A DNA stretch of 64,000 nucleotides from contig CAWDGJ010000002.1 of the NCBI GenBank assembly GCA_963801815.1, forward strand, positions 736,001-800,000. The letters run 5' to 3'. The notes under the pieces are model-generated. The model searched no databases, was not told where the DNA came from, and saw nothing but the letters and a program-made list of their open reading frames with translations. Position numbers and translations under genes: made by a program. Each line of letters opens with the position of its first letter. Position 1 is the stretch's first letter. Shown in pieces: positions 12,023 through 21,422 of the stretch. This DNA is from an uncultured Verrucomicrobiae bacterium (lineage in GTDB: Bacteria > Verrucomicrobiota > Verrucomicrobiia > Chthoniobacterales > UBA10450).

Positions 12023-12730
12023 TCCAAATTCCCCTCTAATTCTCGCGCCAGGAAAAAGATATGTCGCAAATGCGCGATTTGGACTTTGCGAATAGAAACG
12101 CACAAAAATGCACAAAAACGCAGTCTATTCGTCAACTATTCGTCAAACATTTTGAGCGGTGAAACCGGGTTTGAACTCTTATGGAACGAGAACCCGTTCC
12201 AGCCTGCTGACCCGTTGAGTTAAACAACTGATCCAGAATCAGATTCGCGAGGAGGAGATGGCTTCGCTAGGACTCGAACCTACCGCGAAAATCCAAATTT
12301 CCCTCATATAATCGCGGCTTGGAAGTTGTCGTACGCACAAATACGCACACAAGAAAAATGGATTGGGGAGCTTTGACGGGCAAAAACAGCGCACCAACTG
12401 GACACCTAACTTTCCGGCGCGGTGACGTTCCGTTTATCTCATCGCACTCAGATTTCCAGCGACGCATTGAGCGCGTACACGCGCCCCTAAAACACGAAAT
12501 TCGGTTCCGCGAAACTTTTGCGATCGGGTTGTGGACGTGCACGAATTCGACCGGAGCGTGTCCGAACAATATAAGCTGTTCCTTTTGGGCGACTACCTCC
12601 GGGCAAGCCCGGAACACCACCCTCCAAGTCTGGACAGTTGAAGAAGGATTTGGGATTGGAAGTTTGTTCCGCCAGACATGCTGCGCGGCTTGCGCGGCCA
12701 ACAATTTTCGAAATCATGAGGTCTCCTTTT

Positions 12731-13264
12731 TCATTGTTCTGGTAACTGTGCCAGTGTGCGTGAATTCGGCGGGACAACCCACACGGTCATGAAGAGCGGA
12801 TTTCGCCTCGCCCAAGAGAGTGCCTCTCGCTTCGTTTCAAAAAACCGATCAATCACTACTGCGTTTCGCTCGGAAACGGTGCGGCCCGAAATTCGCGCCG
12901 CTTTGCGATTTCTCACCGCGGGGCCGCTATCAACTGCCGCCGAATTAGTGCCATCGGGAAAAATCACGCTGCTTCCATAAGCAATGTGCCGCGTATCGAC
13001 CGAACAATCTCCGGTTTGTAGTCGTCGGCCGGTCGATTGACTACGGTTGGAACCAGCATCGCCGCGGGCCCAGTAAACCGTAACACGCGCCAGCAATGTC
13101 TGCTCGCCCGCGAAGGTGACTGGCACTACCAGTAGAGCAAGTGCAATGGTTATGACGAGCCCTTTCATAATCGTTTCCGATCTGGGCGCGATAATGTCCT
13201 TGACTGCGCGGGCGGCGAGATTCGCGTCTCCAGCTGGGTTAGGTTTTATTATTGGCGTATTCAT
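12731..13264 (-). CDS. Secreted 3D (Asp-Asp-Asp)-domain-like protein (alternative start 13168)
   Basis: Signal peptide MKGLVITIALALL..; ARVTVYW, CSVDTRHIAYGS, AVDSGPAV, VIDRFF. Confidence 0.65.
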   Translation of the reverse strand: MNTPIIKPNPAGDANLAARAVKDIIAPRSETIMKGLVITIALALLVVPVTFAGEQTLLARVTVYWARGDAGSNRSQSTGRRLQTGDCSVDTRHIAYGSSVIFPDGTNSAAVDSGPAVRNRKAARISGRTVSERNAVVIDRFFETKREALSWARRNPLFMTVWVVPPNSRTLAQLPEQ

Positions 13265-13582
13265 ATTTTACCTTTGTTGAGTTAGTTAAAGCCATCACGT
13301 GGCATCGCGCTCACCGCTTATTGTCAGAGTCGTCCCTGATCTTGTGCAAAAGTGGATTCGAGCCCCATTAGGCTCCGAGTTTTTGTAATACAAAAAGTCG
13401 CGGACTCCTGGCGCATTCTCAAAGCGCTTCGTTCGCTACGTTCAAAAGTCTTTCCGCCGGGGAGATCCAACGCCTCCAATTAAGCGCAGTTTGCTGCGGT
13501 TCCACTGCCGCGGTGCGGTATGCCTCTCGGGCATGCTGAGAGAAGAAACATAACCAATCGCTTAACGCGGGGTGTGAGATTC

Positions 13583-13834
13583 TTAGAGCTTAATGTTTAT
13601 CTTGACGCTCTTAAGGCTGTTCGCAAGATTCCGAAGCATCTCATCAGTTCGACTTGTAGCCTCGTCAACTCCCCGCCGAAACTCTGTCGTTTCGATGAGC
13701 ATGTCGCAAGAGGGGCACTTTTGACTGTCAGCCTTCAGCCATTTCACGGTCTTATTGATTTGCTTGCCGCACTTAAGGCACGTAATTTCCAGAGGTAAAT
13801 TGTCGAATGAGAATCCCATAGTCTCCATTCGCAC
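13583..13834 (-). CDS. Small zinc-ribbon hypothetical protein
   Basis: CLKC ... CPSC pairs. Confidence 0.55.
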   Translation of the reverse strand: MRMETMGFSFDNLPLEITCLKCGKQINKTVKWLKADSQKCPSCDMLIETTEFRRGVDEATSRTDEMLRNLANSLKSVKINIKL

Positions 13835-13983
13835 AATAAATAAAACTTTTTGAATTGGCCAGCCCTTTACGCGAAGGCCGCCTCAAACTTCGCATCTTCT
13901 TTCCGGCGCAGGTAATTTTCTATCAAGAAATTCTGCCCACGATAAATTGCCGGCTTATCCATATGTTAGGCCGCTAAACGACA

Positions 13984-14382
13984 ATGAGAAATACACTAGG
14001 CCTGGGCGGTCCGCAACGCGACCTGCTATGCAACGGGCTGAGCGGCTTCCTTTTCTGGTGTCTTCCGTGGTTTGTGTTCGCGCTTGGTTGGGCTGTATCG
14101 CCCGTTTGGAGAACCGTTTTATGGACTGCATCCCTGGGTGCTATGGGAACACTATGTCTGCTCGACGCTGCCCGATGCGACCGCGTCCACTGTAGTTTCA
14201 CGGGTCCGTTCTTCATCCTGAGTGCTATTGTTTCGCTAGGATACGGTGTTGGGCTCTTGCCGCTTGGCCCGGTCGGATGGAAATGGATTTGTGCCGTAAC
14301 AGTTATTGGCGGCATCGCCCTCACCTGCGTTCCAGAACTCATCCTCGGTCGCTATCGGCGAAATGGACCTGACGACGCCTAA
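13984..14382 (+). CDS. Gene cassette 1: Cys-containing membrane hypothetical protein
   Basis: About four hydrophobic segments, CLLDAARCDRVHCSFTGPFF; starts 12 nt after GTTAGGC and its stop lies inside GCCTAAC. Confidence 0.75.
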   Translation: MRNTLGLGGPQRDLLCNGLSGFLFWCLPWFVFALGWAVSPVWRTVLWTASLGAMGTLCLLDAARCDRVHCSFTGPFFILSAIVSLGYGVGLLPLGPVGWKWICAVTVIGGIALTCVPELILGRYRRNGPDDA

Positions 14383-14398
14383 CTCTTTCTCGTTAGGC
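14377..14398 (+). repeat. Internally deleted attC (22 bp)
   Basis: GCCTAAC TCTTTCTC GTTAGGC; the 3' 15 nt are identical to the end of the full attC (14874-14888). Confidence 0.7.
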
Positions 14399-14496
14399 GT
14401 CGCTTACGCTCGCTGAAACAAAACACAAATAATGCAAACGCATATCGGTTCAGCAACGTTGCGATGGCTCTCTAATCCACCGACCTTCCGCACTCT

Positions 14497-14760
14497 ATGA
14501 ACATCTTTAGTTTATCCCACCTGCTTGAGCTGGTGAAGGAACTCCCAAATCCAGAGGATTTCATCCATGCTGAGCGGAATCGCAGTTCCGTGTTTCGCAT
14601 TCCAGTTCGTGATTGGGATGCCGTCCGAGACGCAGATCATCCCGAACGCGAGTTTGACGCACACGAGAACGCTTACGTCGAGTTTGAAATTATCCAATGG
14701 AAGAACACCAAAGGTGTCAATGCGCCACGCTGGGTGTTGAGAGGGTTCGTTGCTATGTGA
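14497..14760 (+). CDS. Gene cassette 2: hypothetical protein
   Basis: 87-aa ORF between attC-like sites. Confidence 0.6.
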   Translation: MNIFSLSHLLELVKELPNPEDFIHAERNRSSVFRIPVRDWDAVRDADHPEREFDAHENAYVEFEIIQWKNTKGVNAPRWVLRGFVAM

Positions 14761-14792
14761 GTCATGAGCATCTGCTCCAGTCATCCCGCAAC

Positions 14793-14888
14793 GCCTAACC
14801 ACCCGATGAAGCCAACGGTCCCATTGCGGAAAAATCTCAACGTGTTTGCCAAGACACCCTGCCGGGGCTTATCTCTTTCTCGTTAGGC
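14793..14888 (+). repeat. Integron attC site (96 bp)
   Basis: R'' GCCTAAC, 5-nt spacer, L'' GATGAAGC pairing with L' GCTTATC with one extra G, 8-nt spacer, R' GTTAGGC. Confidence 0.85.
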
Positions 14889-14911
14889 GGCGAAATAATT
14901 TCGAGGTAATA

Positions 14912-15277
14912 ATGGTTGAGACCCACGGCCTTACGCACATCAATCTAGCCGTCCGCGATCTGGGACGCGCGCTGCGGTTCTATGAGCAGGTCTTCGGTCT
15001 GCGCGAGTACGGGCGTGGGGACGGATTAGTCCATACTCAGGCTTTTGGGAGACACGACATCGTCACCTTCACCGAAGATCCCACCACCGCCGGTCTCAGC
15101 GGCGGCATCGCGCATTTCGGCTTTCGGCTCGTGGACCCCGGCGACATCGACCATGCCATCGCCGAAGTCGAACGCGCCGGAGGGCGCTTGCTCCGTCGTG
15201 GGGAGTTCGCTCCCGGCCTCCCCTACGCTTACGTCGCCGATCCGGATGGTTACGAAATTGAGATCTGGTTCGAGTGA
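14912..15277 (+). CDS. Gene cassette 3: VOC/glyoxalase family protein
   Basis: LTHINLAVRDL..ALRFYE, IAHFGF, YVADPDGYEIE; SD GAGG. Confidence 0.9.
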   Translation: MVETHGLTHINLAVRDLGRALRFYEQVFGLREYGRGDGLVHTQAFGRHDIVTFTEDPTTAGLSGGIAHFGFRLVDPGDIDHAIAEVERAGGRLLRRGEFAPGLPYAYVADPDGYEIEIWFE

Positions 15278-15667
15278 GCTACCTGCGCCGCCTAACGTTA
15301 GATCCTGTGGCGCATGGCGATATTCCGGCAAGAAAGATCGTGGTTGTGACGTAGCAATCGGAAGCCGCATCCGAACGGAATTGTAGCGAATTGCGTAGCA
15401 GCAACCGGTTTTCTCACGAAGCGCGTCCGTTACAAATCAGCTGTTTCCACGAGGGAGCTTGTGTGAAACCGGGCGACCCCGGCAACAACACCATCGAAAA
15501 AACCCTGAATTCAATTTGTAGCTAATTTCGCAGCAGCCGAATCCATCTAACGGACAAAAACCGAGCACGGATGATGGGTCTAAGGCCCTCCACAGGCGTT
15601 ATTCTTGGTTCGAGTCCAAGCGGGGCAGCCACGTAAAAGACCTTCGGTCTCACGTGGCTCGCGCCAA

Positions 15668-17018
15668 TTATCTGCTCGACGTAGGACTCGACAGCGGAAA
15701 CGCAAACGTTGCAGACGGTGAAGCTGTCGAGGGGGCGCTCGCAGATGGCGATCGCCGATGGACTCGGCGACGGCGTGGGTGTCGGAGTCGGCGGCGGCGG
15801 AATAATATTTTCCCAGTGATGCAGGGGCACGGTCGCGCCGCCGATTTCTTCAACTAATTTCTGACACTTTTGCTGGAGTTTGTCCAAATCTGGCGGCCCA
15901 AACGGCGTGTCAGCAGTTCCGGGAAAGATCAAATAGGTGACTTTCAATTCGCTGACCGGCCGACTGTAAGGCGTGGATTGCGGATTGATTTCTTTTGCAA
16001 TCCGAAACGAGGCTTCGCCAACCTTGTCGTTCGGGCCGATGTCTCCCACAATCGCCGGATAAATTGCATCACCGAAAATGACGAGGGAATAGTCGCCAGT
16101 CTTTCCTCCATCGCTCGCGTGCGCGAACGCGCCCGGAATCACAATGTAAGGATCGGTCGTGCCGATGAGGAAGCTGTATTTCTGAAGCGTAGTCACTTCT
16201 GCGCGCAATTGGGTGATCGCGGGTCGCAAATCGCGCTTGCGATCGGCCGTCGTCGTCTTGGCATTGAATTCGTCTTCCGCCTTTTTCAATCGGTCTTCGG
16301 TGGCGGCGAGATACGGATTTGGTGCCGGCATTTTCTTCGACCAACGATAACTGGTGAACGGCTTGAAGTTCGTCGGCGCACCGGTCCCGACCGGCATCCG
16401 GTCGCTATCCGAACCATCACAATCGACATCCATGTCGGCTTGAAGCAGGAGCGCTTTGCGATGGGTTTGAGGGTGCTGCAATTGCAGGATTGTCTGACAA
16501 TCGAAGAAGTTGTGACGTGAGAGCAGCAGATCCAGCCGGCTAAGATTCTCGCGCAGCATTCTGAGCTTCGTGTCGTAGAGCTGGGCGAATAACGGCGAGA
16601 CCGGCTCGGTCGGGAGCATCGTCGAAAGCGCGGGCAACAGCTCCGGCAGTTTGGGATTCACTTTCGCCAGTTCTTCGATTGTTCGATTCGGCGTCGGCAC
16701 GCGCGCCTTCAATTTCAACTCAATTACGTAACTTTCCGGATCGACGCGTTCAGTGGTTGCATCTGCTCCTGGAGTCGGCTCAACAGTCGAGTGCAAAGTG
16801 ATTCCGCTGAATAATCGGCCGGTATCAAGTTTACCGGCAATCACCGGCGGTCGCGTGGGCGACGACTCCGGAGTCGAGGTCGGGGTCGGAGAAGTTTCTC
16901 GCGGCGCGAAATATTGCAAACGCTCCTGCGAAATCCAGCGATACAGAATCAAAGCAAAAATTATCGCCGCCAGGAGAACGACCAATCTTCGCAACGTCCG
17001 CAAACTCAGGTTTGCCAC
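15668..17018 (-). CDS. Membrane-anchored glycoside hydrolase family 75 (chitosanase-like); probable frameshift at ~15752 in the Pro/Ser tail
   Basis: ADMDVDCDG, PYIVIPG, VGDIGP..KVGEAS; the tail continues as SPSASAPSTASPS..SSR* in the adjacent frame. Confidence 0.75.
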
Positions 17019-17021
17019 GGA

Positions 17022-17339
17022 TTACTTTTTCAGCCAGGCGATGATCGCCACCACGATCCCGATCACGCTCAGGATCGACATCAGGCCGGCCGGCATCGCT
17101 TTGCCGGTGCGAATGAATTTCGGGATGAATTGCGCTGCCAGCAGGAATGAAATGATCAGCGCAATGACGATTCCAATCATCCGGTTCGTCGGCAAAATCC
17201 AACCGGCGACAAGTAGCAAAACGCCCGTGACCACGCCGGCGATGATTGACGGCAAACTGCCGGCCTTCACATAACCGATCACCCCGCCGATGATTGTCAG
17301 CGCGCCGAAGATAAGAAAGTAAAGCCGCGTCGCGTCCAC
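17022..17339 (-). CDS. TMEM14 family membrane protein
   Basis: GGVIGYVKAGSLPSIIAG, TGKAMPAG. Confidence 0.88.
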   Translation of the reverse strand: MDATRLYFLIFGALTIIGGVIGYVKAGSLPSIIAGVVTGVLLLVAGWILPTNRMIGIVIALIISFLLAAQFIPKFIRTGKAMPAGLMSILSVIGIVVAIIAWLKK

Positions 17340-17481
17340 GTGTAAGCTTGGGACTCGTAATCCAACCAGCCCACACTGTCCAGCCGCGCCGTTATTTCGT
17401 CTCGAGGCTTCGAGCCGGACTACGCTAGCGTGCGATTCACTTGGCCAATGCCAGAGCGCAACGCGTCTGCTACATTCGCAA

Positions 17482-18820
17482 GTGCACTCATTCCGCTATC
17501 GCAACGGAAAACTTCATTGCGAAGATGTCGATCTTGCCCGGGCCGCGGAAGAATTCGGCACACCGCTCTATATATATAGCGCGAACACGATTCTCGATCA
17601 CTTCACCCGGCTCGATGCCGCGCTCGCACCGGTCGATCACCTGATTTGTTATGCGGTCAAAGCCAATTCGAACCGCGCAATCCTAAAACTCCTGGCCGAC
17701 GCCGGGGCGGGATTCGACATCGTTTCCGCTGGCGAACTCTTCCGCGCGATCAATGCCGACGCCGATCCGCAAAAGTGCACGTTTGCCGGAGTCGGAAAGT
17801 CGGCCGTCGAAATCGAATATGCCCTGGACCAGCGCGTTTACAGTTTCAACGTCGAAAGTGAAGCCGAGCTCGAGCTCATCGACCAGATCGCCGGCGAAAA
17901 AAAATTACGTGCACCGGTCGCGCTGCGCGTGAATCCAGACGTCGACGCGCACACTCACAAATACATCTCGACCGGTTCGCACGAAAACAAATTTGGAATC
18001 GCGCTGACTGATGCGCCGGCGATATATGAGCGCGCGAGCGAGAATGCGCAGCATCGAGATCGTCGGCGTGCAGATGCATATCGGTTCGCAAATTACCGAA
18101 GCCGGACCGTTCGCCGCGGCAATCAACAGAGTCGCGCCGGTCGTTCGCGATTTGAAATCGAAGCACGGCATCAAGTTTTTCAGCATCGGCGGCGGCATGG
18201 GAATCATTTACCGTCGCGCGTTGGAGAGCGGCTCCGGTAAATGGTGGCACGACCACGATGGCGAATCTTCTGCGTTCAGCGTTCAAGATTACGCGAATGC
18301 GATCATTCCATTGCTCCGCGACCTCGACGTTCGGATTCTGGTTGAACCCGGGCGATTTCTGGTCGGCAATGCCGGTGCGTTGCTGACGCGCGTGCGTTAC
18401 ATCAAAGAATCAGGTCAAAAAAAATTCGCGATCGTCGACGCCGGAATGAACGATCTGATTCGGCCGGCGTTGTACCAAAGCTTTCACGAAATCGTTCCGG
18501 TGAAACAACCTGGAGGGACGGGCTCCGTCCCGTCCCCACAAAGAAAGGACGACACGGAGGTCGTCCCTCCATCGCAGGAAAAAATCGACATTGTCGGACC
18601 CGTCTGTGAATCCGGTGATTTCTTCGCGCTCGATCGGGAGATGCCTAAGGTGCGCGAAGGTGACCTGCTCGCGATTATGAGCGCCGGCGCCTACGGATTC
18701 ACCATGGCTTCGAACTATAATTCGCGACCGATGCCCGCCGAGGCGCTCGTCCGTGGCAATCAGCTGAACCTCATTCGCAAACGGCAGACCTGGAATGATT
18801 TGATCGCGAATGAAGTCTAG
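17482..18820 (+). CDS. lysA: Diaminopimelate decarboxylase; frameshift at ~18037
   Basis: YAVKANSN, HENKFG in the first frame; MHIGSQ, EPGR, GPVCESGD, MASNYNSR in the second. Confidence 0.93.
18511..18571. repeat. REP-like doublet (GGAG family) inside lysA, in frame
   Basis: TGGAGGGACG ... CGTCCCTCCA terminal inverted repeat with an internal hairpin in each arm. Confidence 0.75.
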
Positions 18821-18969
18821 ATGCCGTTGGAGCTGCCGCCGTCTCTGGCGACGGGGTCTTCCAATCTGCCGATGGGGAGATCGGTAGCGTAAAACAGTAG
18901 CGAACCGATTGAACTCCAAAGTTGCAGATCCTCGTTTCCTGCATAAATAGTGCTTCCCCTCGAATCGAG

Positions 18970-19692
18970 ATGAAACGTCTGCTCCTCGTTTGCATGTTGT
19001 TGATCCTGCCGTGGATGGCGAACGGCGCTAACGTTCCAAAAGGCGAATGGGTCCTGCTCGTCGGCGGTCCCTCGTTGAAGGAATGGGAACAATACAAACA
19101 GCAACCGCACGATCATTGGTGGGCGAATTTCGTCCGGGCCGCGCGTTTGCGGACCGAACAACTGCGCGACGGCCTCGGGCCGGACGCGCCAATCACCTGG
19201 CTGGTTTACAAACAGGGCTACATCGATCGCATGGCCCAGGAACATCAGGATCTGCTCGCGTTGATCGGAACCATTCGCGATAAATTCAATCTCAAACTGG
19301 TCTGGTTTAAGAACGGCGATGACGTCATCAATTATTTGAACAACGGCCAGGACCGTCGGCAGTTGAAAGTCGCGGGATTTGAATATTTCGGACACTCGAA
19401 CCGCGCCTGTTTCATGTTCGACTACAGCAGCAACGTCGACAGCGCCTCGAAATCGTTCCTGCACGAATCCCAGCTGCGCCAAATCCACGGCAACATCTTC
19501 GCCAAAAACGCCTACGTTCAGAGCTGGGGCTGTCACACTGGCGAAGAGATGAGCGCGTGGTTTTATCACGCCACCGGGATCAAGATGATCGGCGCACTTG
19601 GCAAAACGCAGTTCATGATGGAAGAGCTGCCCATTCTGACGTCAGAAGGCGGCAAGTGGGTGACTGCGCCGGAAAAGATGCCTAACAACTAA
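18970..19692 (+). CDS. Secreted hypothetical protein
   Basis: Signal peptide MKRLLLVCMLLILPWMANG; FEYFGHSN and SWGCHTG motifs. Confidence 0.75.
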   Translation: MKRLLLVCMLLILPWMANGANVPKGEWVLLVGGPSLKEWEQYKQQPHDHWWANFVRAARLRTEQLRDGLGPDAPITWLVYKQGYIDRMAQEHQDLLALIGTIRDKFNLKLVWFKNGDDVINYLNNGQDRRQLKVAGFEYFGHSNRACFMFDYSSNVDSASKSFLHESQLRQIHGNIFAKNAYVQSWGCHTGEEMSAWFYHATGIKMIGALGKTQFMMEELPILTSEGGKWVTAPEKMPNN

Positions 19693-19779
19693 CGTTGTTT
19701 TTCTTGCAGCCAGTCAGATTGGCAATAAGCAGGCTTGAAATTTGCAGCCAAATCATGGATGGAAGTGCGAACCCAAGTA

Positions 19780-19983
19780 ATGAAAACCGATGACCAGAGA
19801 GGAATCAGCGTAATCCTCCTTTACAGCGCGCTGCTGTTTGCGCTCATCGGCTGGGCCGGTGGAATGAAGGCCGAATACCATTACCGGGCACAAATCTCCT
19901 ATGGCAGTTTTGTCGTCGCGGCCGTGCTGGCAGGGCTAGCAGTCTTGCTCTTCCTGTTTTCGTTGGGCAAGCGACGCGGCTAG
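19780..19983 (+). CDS. Small two-TM membrane protein
   Basis: Two hydrophobic segments. Confidence 0.5.
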   Translation: MKTDDQRGISVILLYSALLFALIGWAGGMKAEYHYRAQISYGSFVVAAVLAGLAVLLFLFSLGKRRG

Positions 19984-20033
19984 CAACGTGACGTTGCATC
20001 CGGTTCTGCCGTCAACACTAGGAAAACACGCGT

Positions 20034-20648
20034 TCAACCAAAGCGAACGCGCTCCCCATCGAGCTGCGCGCCGCGCTTCAGAAAGAATTCGCGGATTTCG
20101 GGCAGAAAATATCGCCCATCCTTGCCGGAATTAATTTCCAATAGGATCTGGCCGCCTGGCTTTAGATGCCGGTTCAGGTCGTTCAGAAAAAATTCCCATT
20201 CGTCCGGCCTCCAACCGCGGGTTTCATCAGCATTGCGATTGAACGCGGCCGAGAACGCGGTGATGAGATCGAATGTCCGCCCGAAATCTGGCAACGGCTC
20301 GAAGGCGCGTATCCGCCAGGTGAGCCGATCGACTCCGAAGAGCTCAATCAATTCGTTGGAGAGCGAATAATCGCCAACGTCCAGGCCGAGGCAGCCATGG
20401 CCAAACTGTTTCGCCAGAAAAAGAAAAAAACCGGCGCCACAGCCAAGATCAAGAATTTGCCTTGGTTCAGAGCGATCGAGTTCCAGTTGCTGGATGCGCG
20501 GACGATTGATCTCCAGCCAACGGGAGACATCCGCATACTTCGCGTAACGAGAGTCGGAACCACTGTGGCGCCGTTGAATTGCGCTCAACCGCTCGACGTC
20601 GATTTTCGCGACGATCTGATTCATGTCAAAGCGCCCGCCGAATTTCAC
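20034..20648 (-). CDS. Class I SAM-dependent methyltransferase (paralog of 1104..1787)
   Basis: ILDLGCGAG; FDLITAFS, EWEFFLNDL. Confidence 0.8.
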   Translation of the reverse strand: MKFGGRFDMNQIVAKIDVERLSAIQRRHSGSDSRYAKYADVSRWLEINRPRIQQLELDRSEPRQILDLGCGAGFFLFLAKQFGHGCLGLDVGDYSLSNELIELFGVDRLTWRIRAFEPLPDFGRTFDLITAFSAAFNRNADETRGWRPDEWEFFLNDLNRHLKPGGQILLEINSGKDGRYFLPEIREFFLKRGAQLDGERVRFG

Positions 20649-20799
20649 GAACCGGATCTTAAATGGCCCGGCCCTGAATGTCGCTTCGGCAATTTACTCC
20701 TTCATCACAGCCTGAAGTTGGTCCCTGGCGCGAGAAAAAATTAGACGGCGGCGACCATTTCTGGACCACCGCCGTCCTCTCCCCCATGACCCTGAGGCT

Positions 20800-21189
20800 T
20801 TATTGAGTCATCGCGCTGTGCAGTTCCTGCATTGCATTGTGCAGGTCCTGTTTCGCTTTTTGGATCGCGTCGAACCTTGACTGCTGGTCCGCCGTCAACA
20901 TCGGGCGAATCTGGGACATTGTCTTGTCCATGATCGCCTGAGTCTTTTGCATGGCATCCTTGTGGATGGCGATGATCTGCGGCTTCGCCTGATCCAGTAA
21001 CGGTTGAATCTTCGTCTGTTGGTCAGCCGTCAGATTCAATGACTTGGTCAGCTGTTGCACGCCAAATTGCTGCCCGCGGAAGCCGTGATGACCGGCGGGA
21101 GCGCCGGTTTCGTCTTGCGCGTTAACCAATGCGAAGCCACCCAGCGCAATCGCGCTCGCAGCCGCGAGTGTAAGTAAGTTTCTTTTCAT
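20800..21189 (-). CDS. Periplasmic Spy/CpxP (LTXXQ)-like protein
   Basis: Signal peptide; LNLTADQQ and LTADQQ repeats. Confidence 0.75.
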   Translation of the reverse strand: MKRNLLTLAAASAIALGGFALVNAQDETGAPAGHHGFRGQQFGVQQLTKSLNLTADQQTKIQPLLDQAKPQIIAIHKDAMQKTQAIMDKTMSQIRPMLTADQQSRFDAIQKAKQDLHNAMQELHSAMTQ

Positions 21190-21243
21190 ATTTGTTTCCC
21201 ATTTTCCAGTTCGGCCCATTTTCACGGGCTGTTTGATATTGGT

Positions 21244-21269
21244 GACGGAGCGATGCGGTTTTTGGTTAC
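21244..21269 (-). promoter_or_regulatory. ECF-type promoter GTAACC-N16-CGTC for the Spy-like gene
   Basis: Minus strand GTAACC aaaaaccgcatcgctc CGTC; twin at 21423-21448. Confidence 0.7.
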
Positions 21270-21422
21270 AGATTTTTATTTGCTGTCGTTCCAACGCATG
21301 AAAACCCGAACCCAAATTGCCAAACTCAGAACCGCCACGGTTGAAACGCCGCGGCCAAAACCTTTGCTGCTTGCGATTTTGGAGTCGGAGTATTTGGAAC
21401 TTGGGATTTGGTGCGTTTATTC

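Larger units (their letters stand above)
11985..15631. mobile_element. Genomic island (relic) integrated at the tRNA-Gln 3' end; no integrase seen
   Basis: Exact 38-bp direct repeat AGGCGTTATTCTTGGTTCGAGTCCAAGCGGGGCAGCCA at 11985-12022 and 15594-15631. Confidence 0.88.

Noticed and set aside
12267..12792. Overlapping short ORFs in the left part of the island as integrase remnants
   Set aside because: No tyrosine- or serine-recombinase motifs recognised in any frame
13548..13570. ACATAACCAATCGCTTAAC as the left half of an attC
   Set aside because: No matching right half at a suitable distance; too weak to call
15522..15667. GH75 C-terminal extension running through attR
   Set aside because: Results from the probable frameshift; it translates the antisense tRNA repeat (AAPLGLEPRITP)
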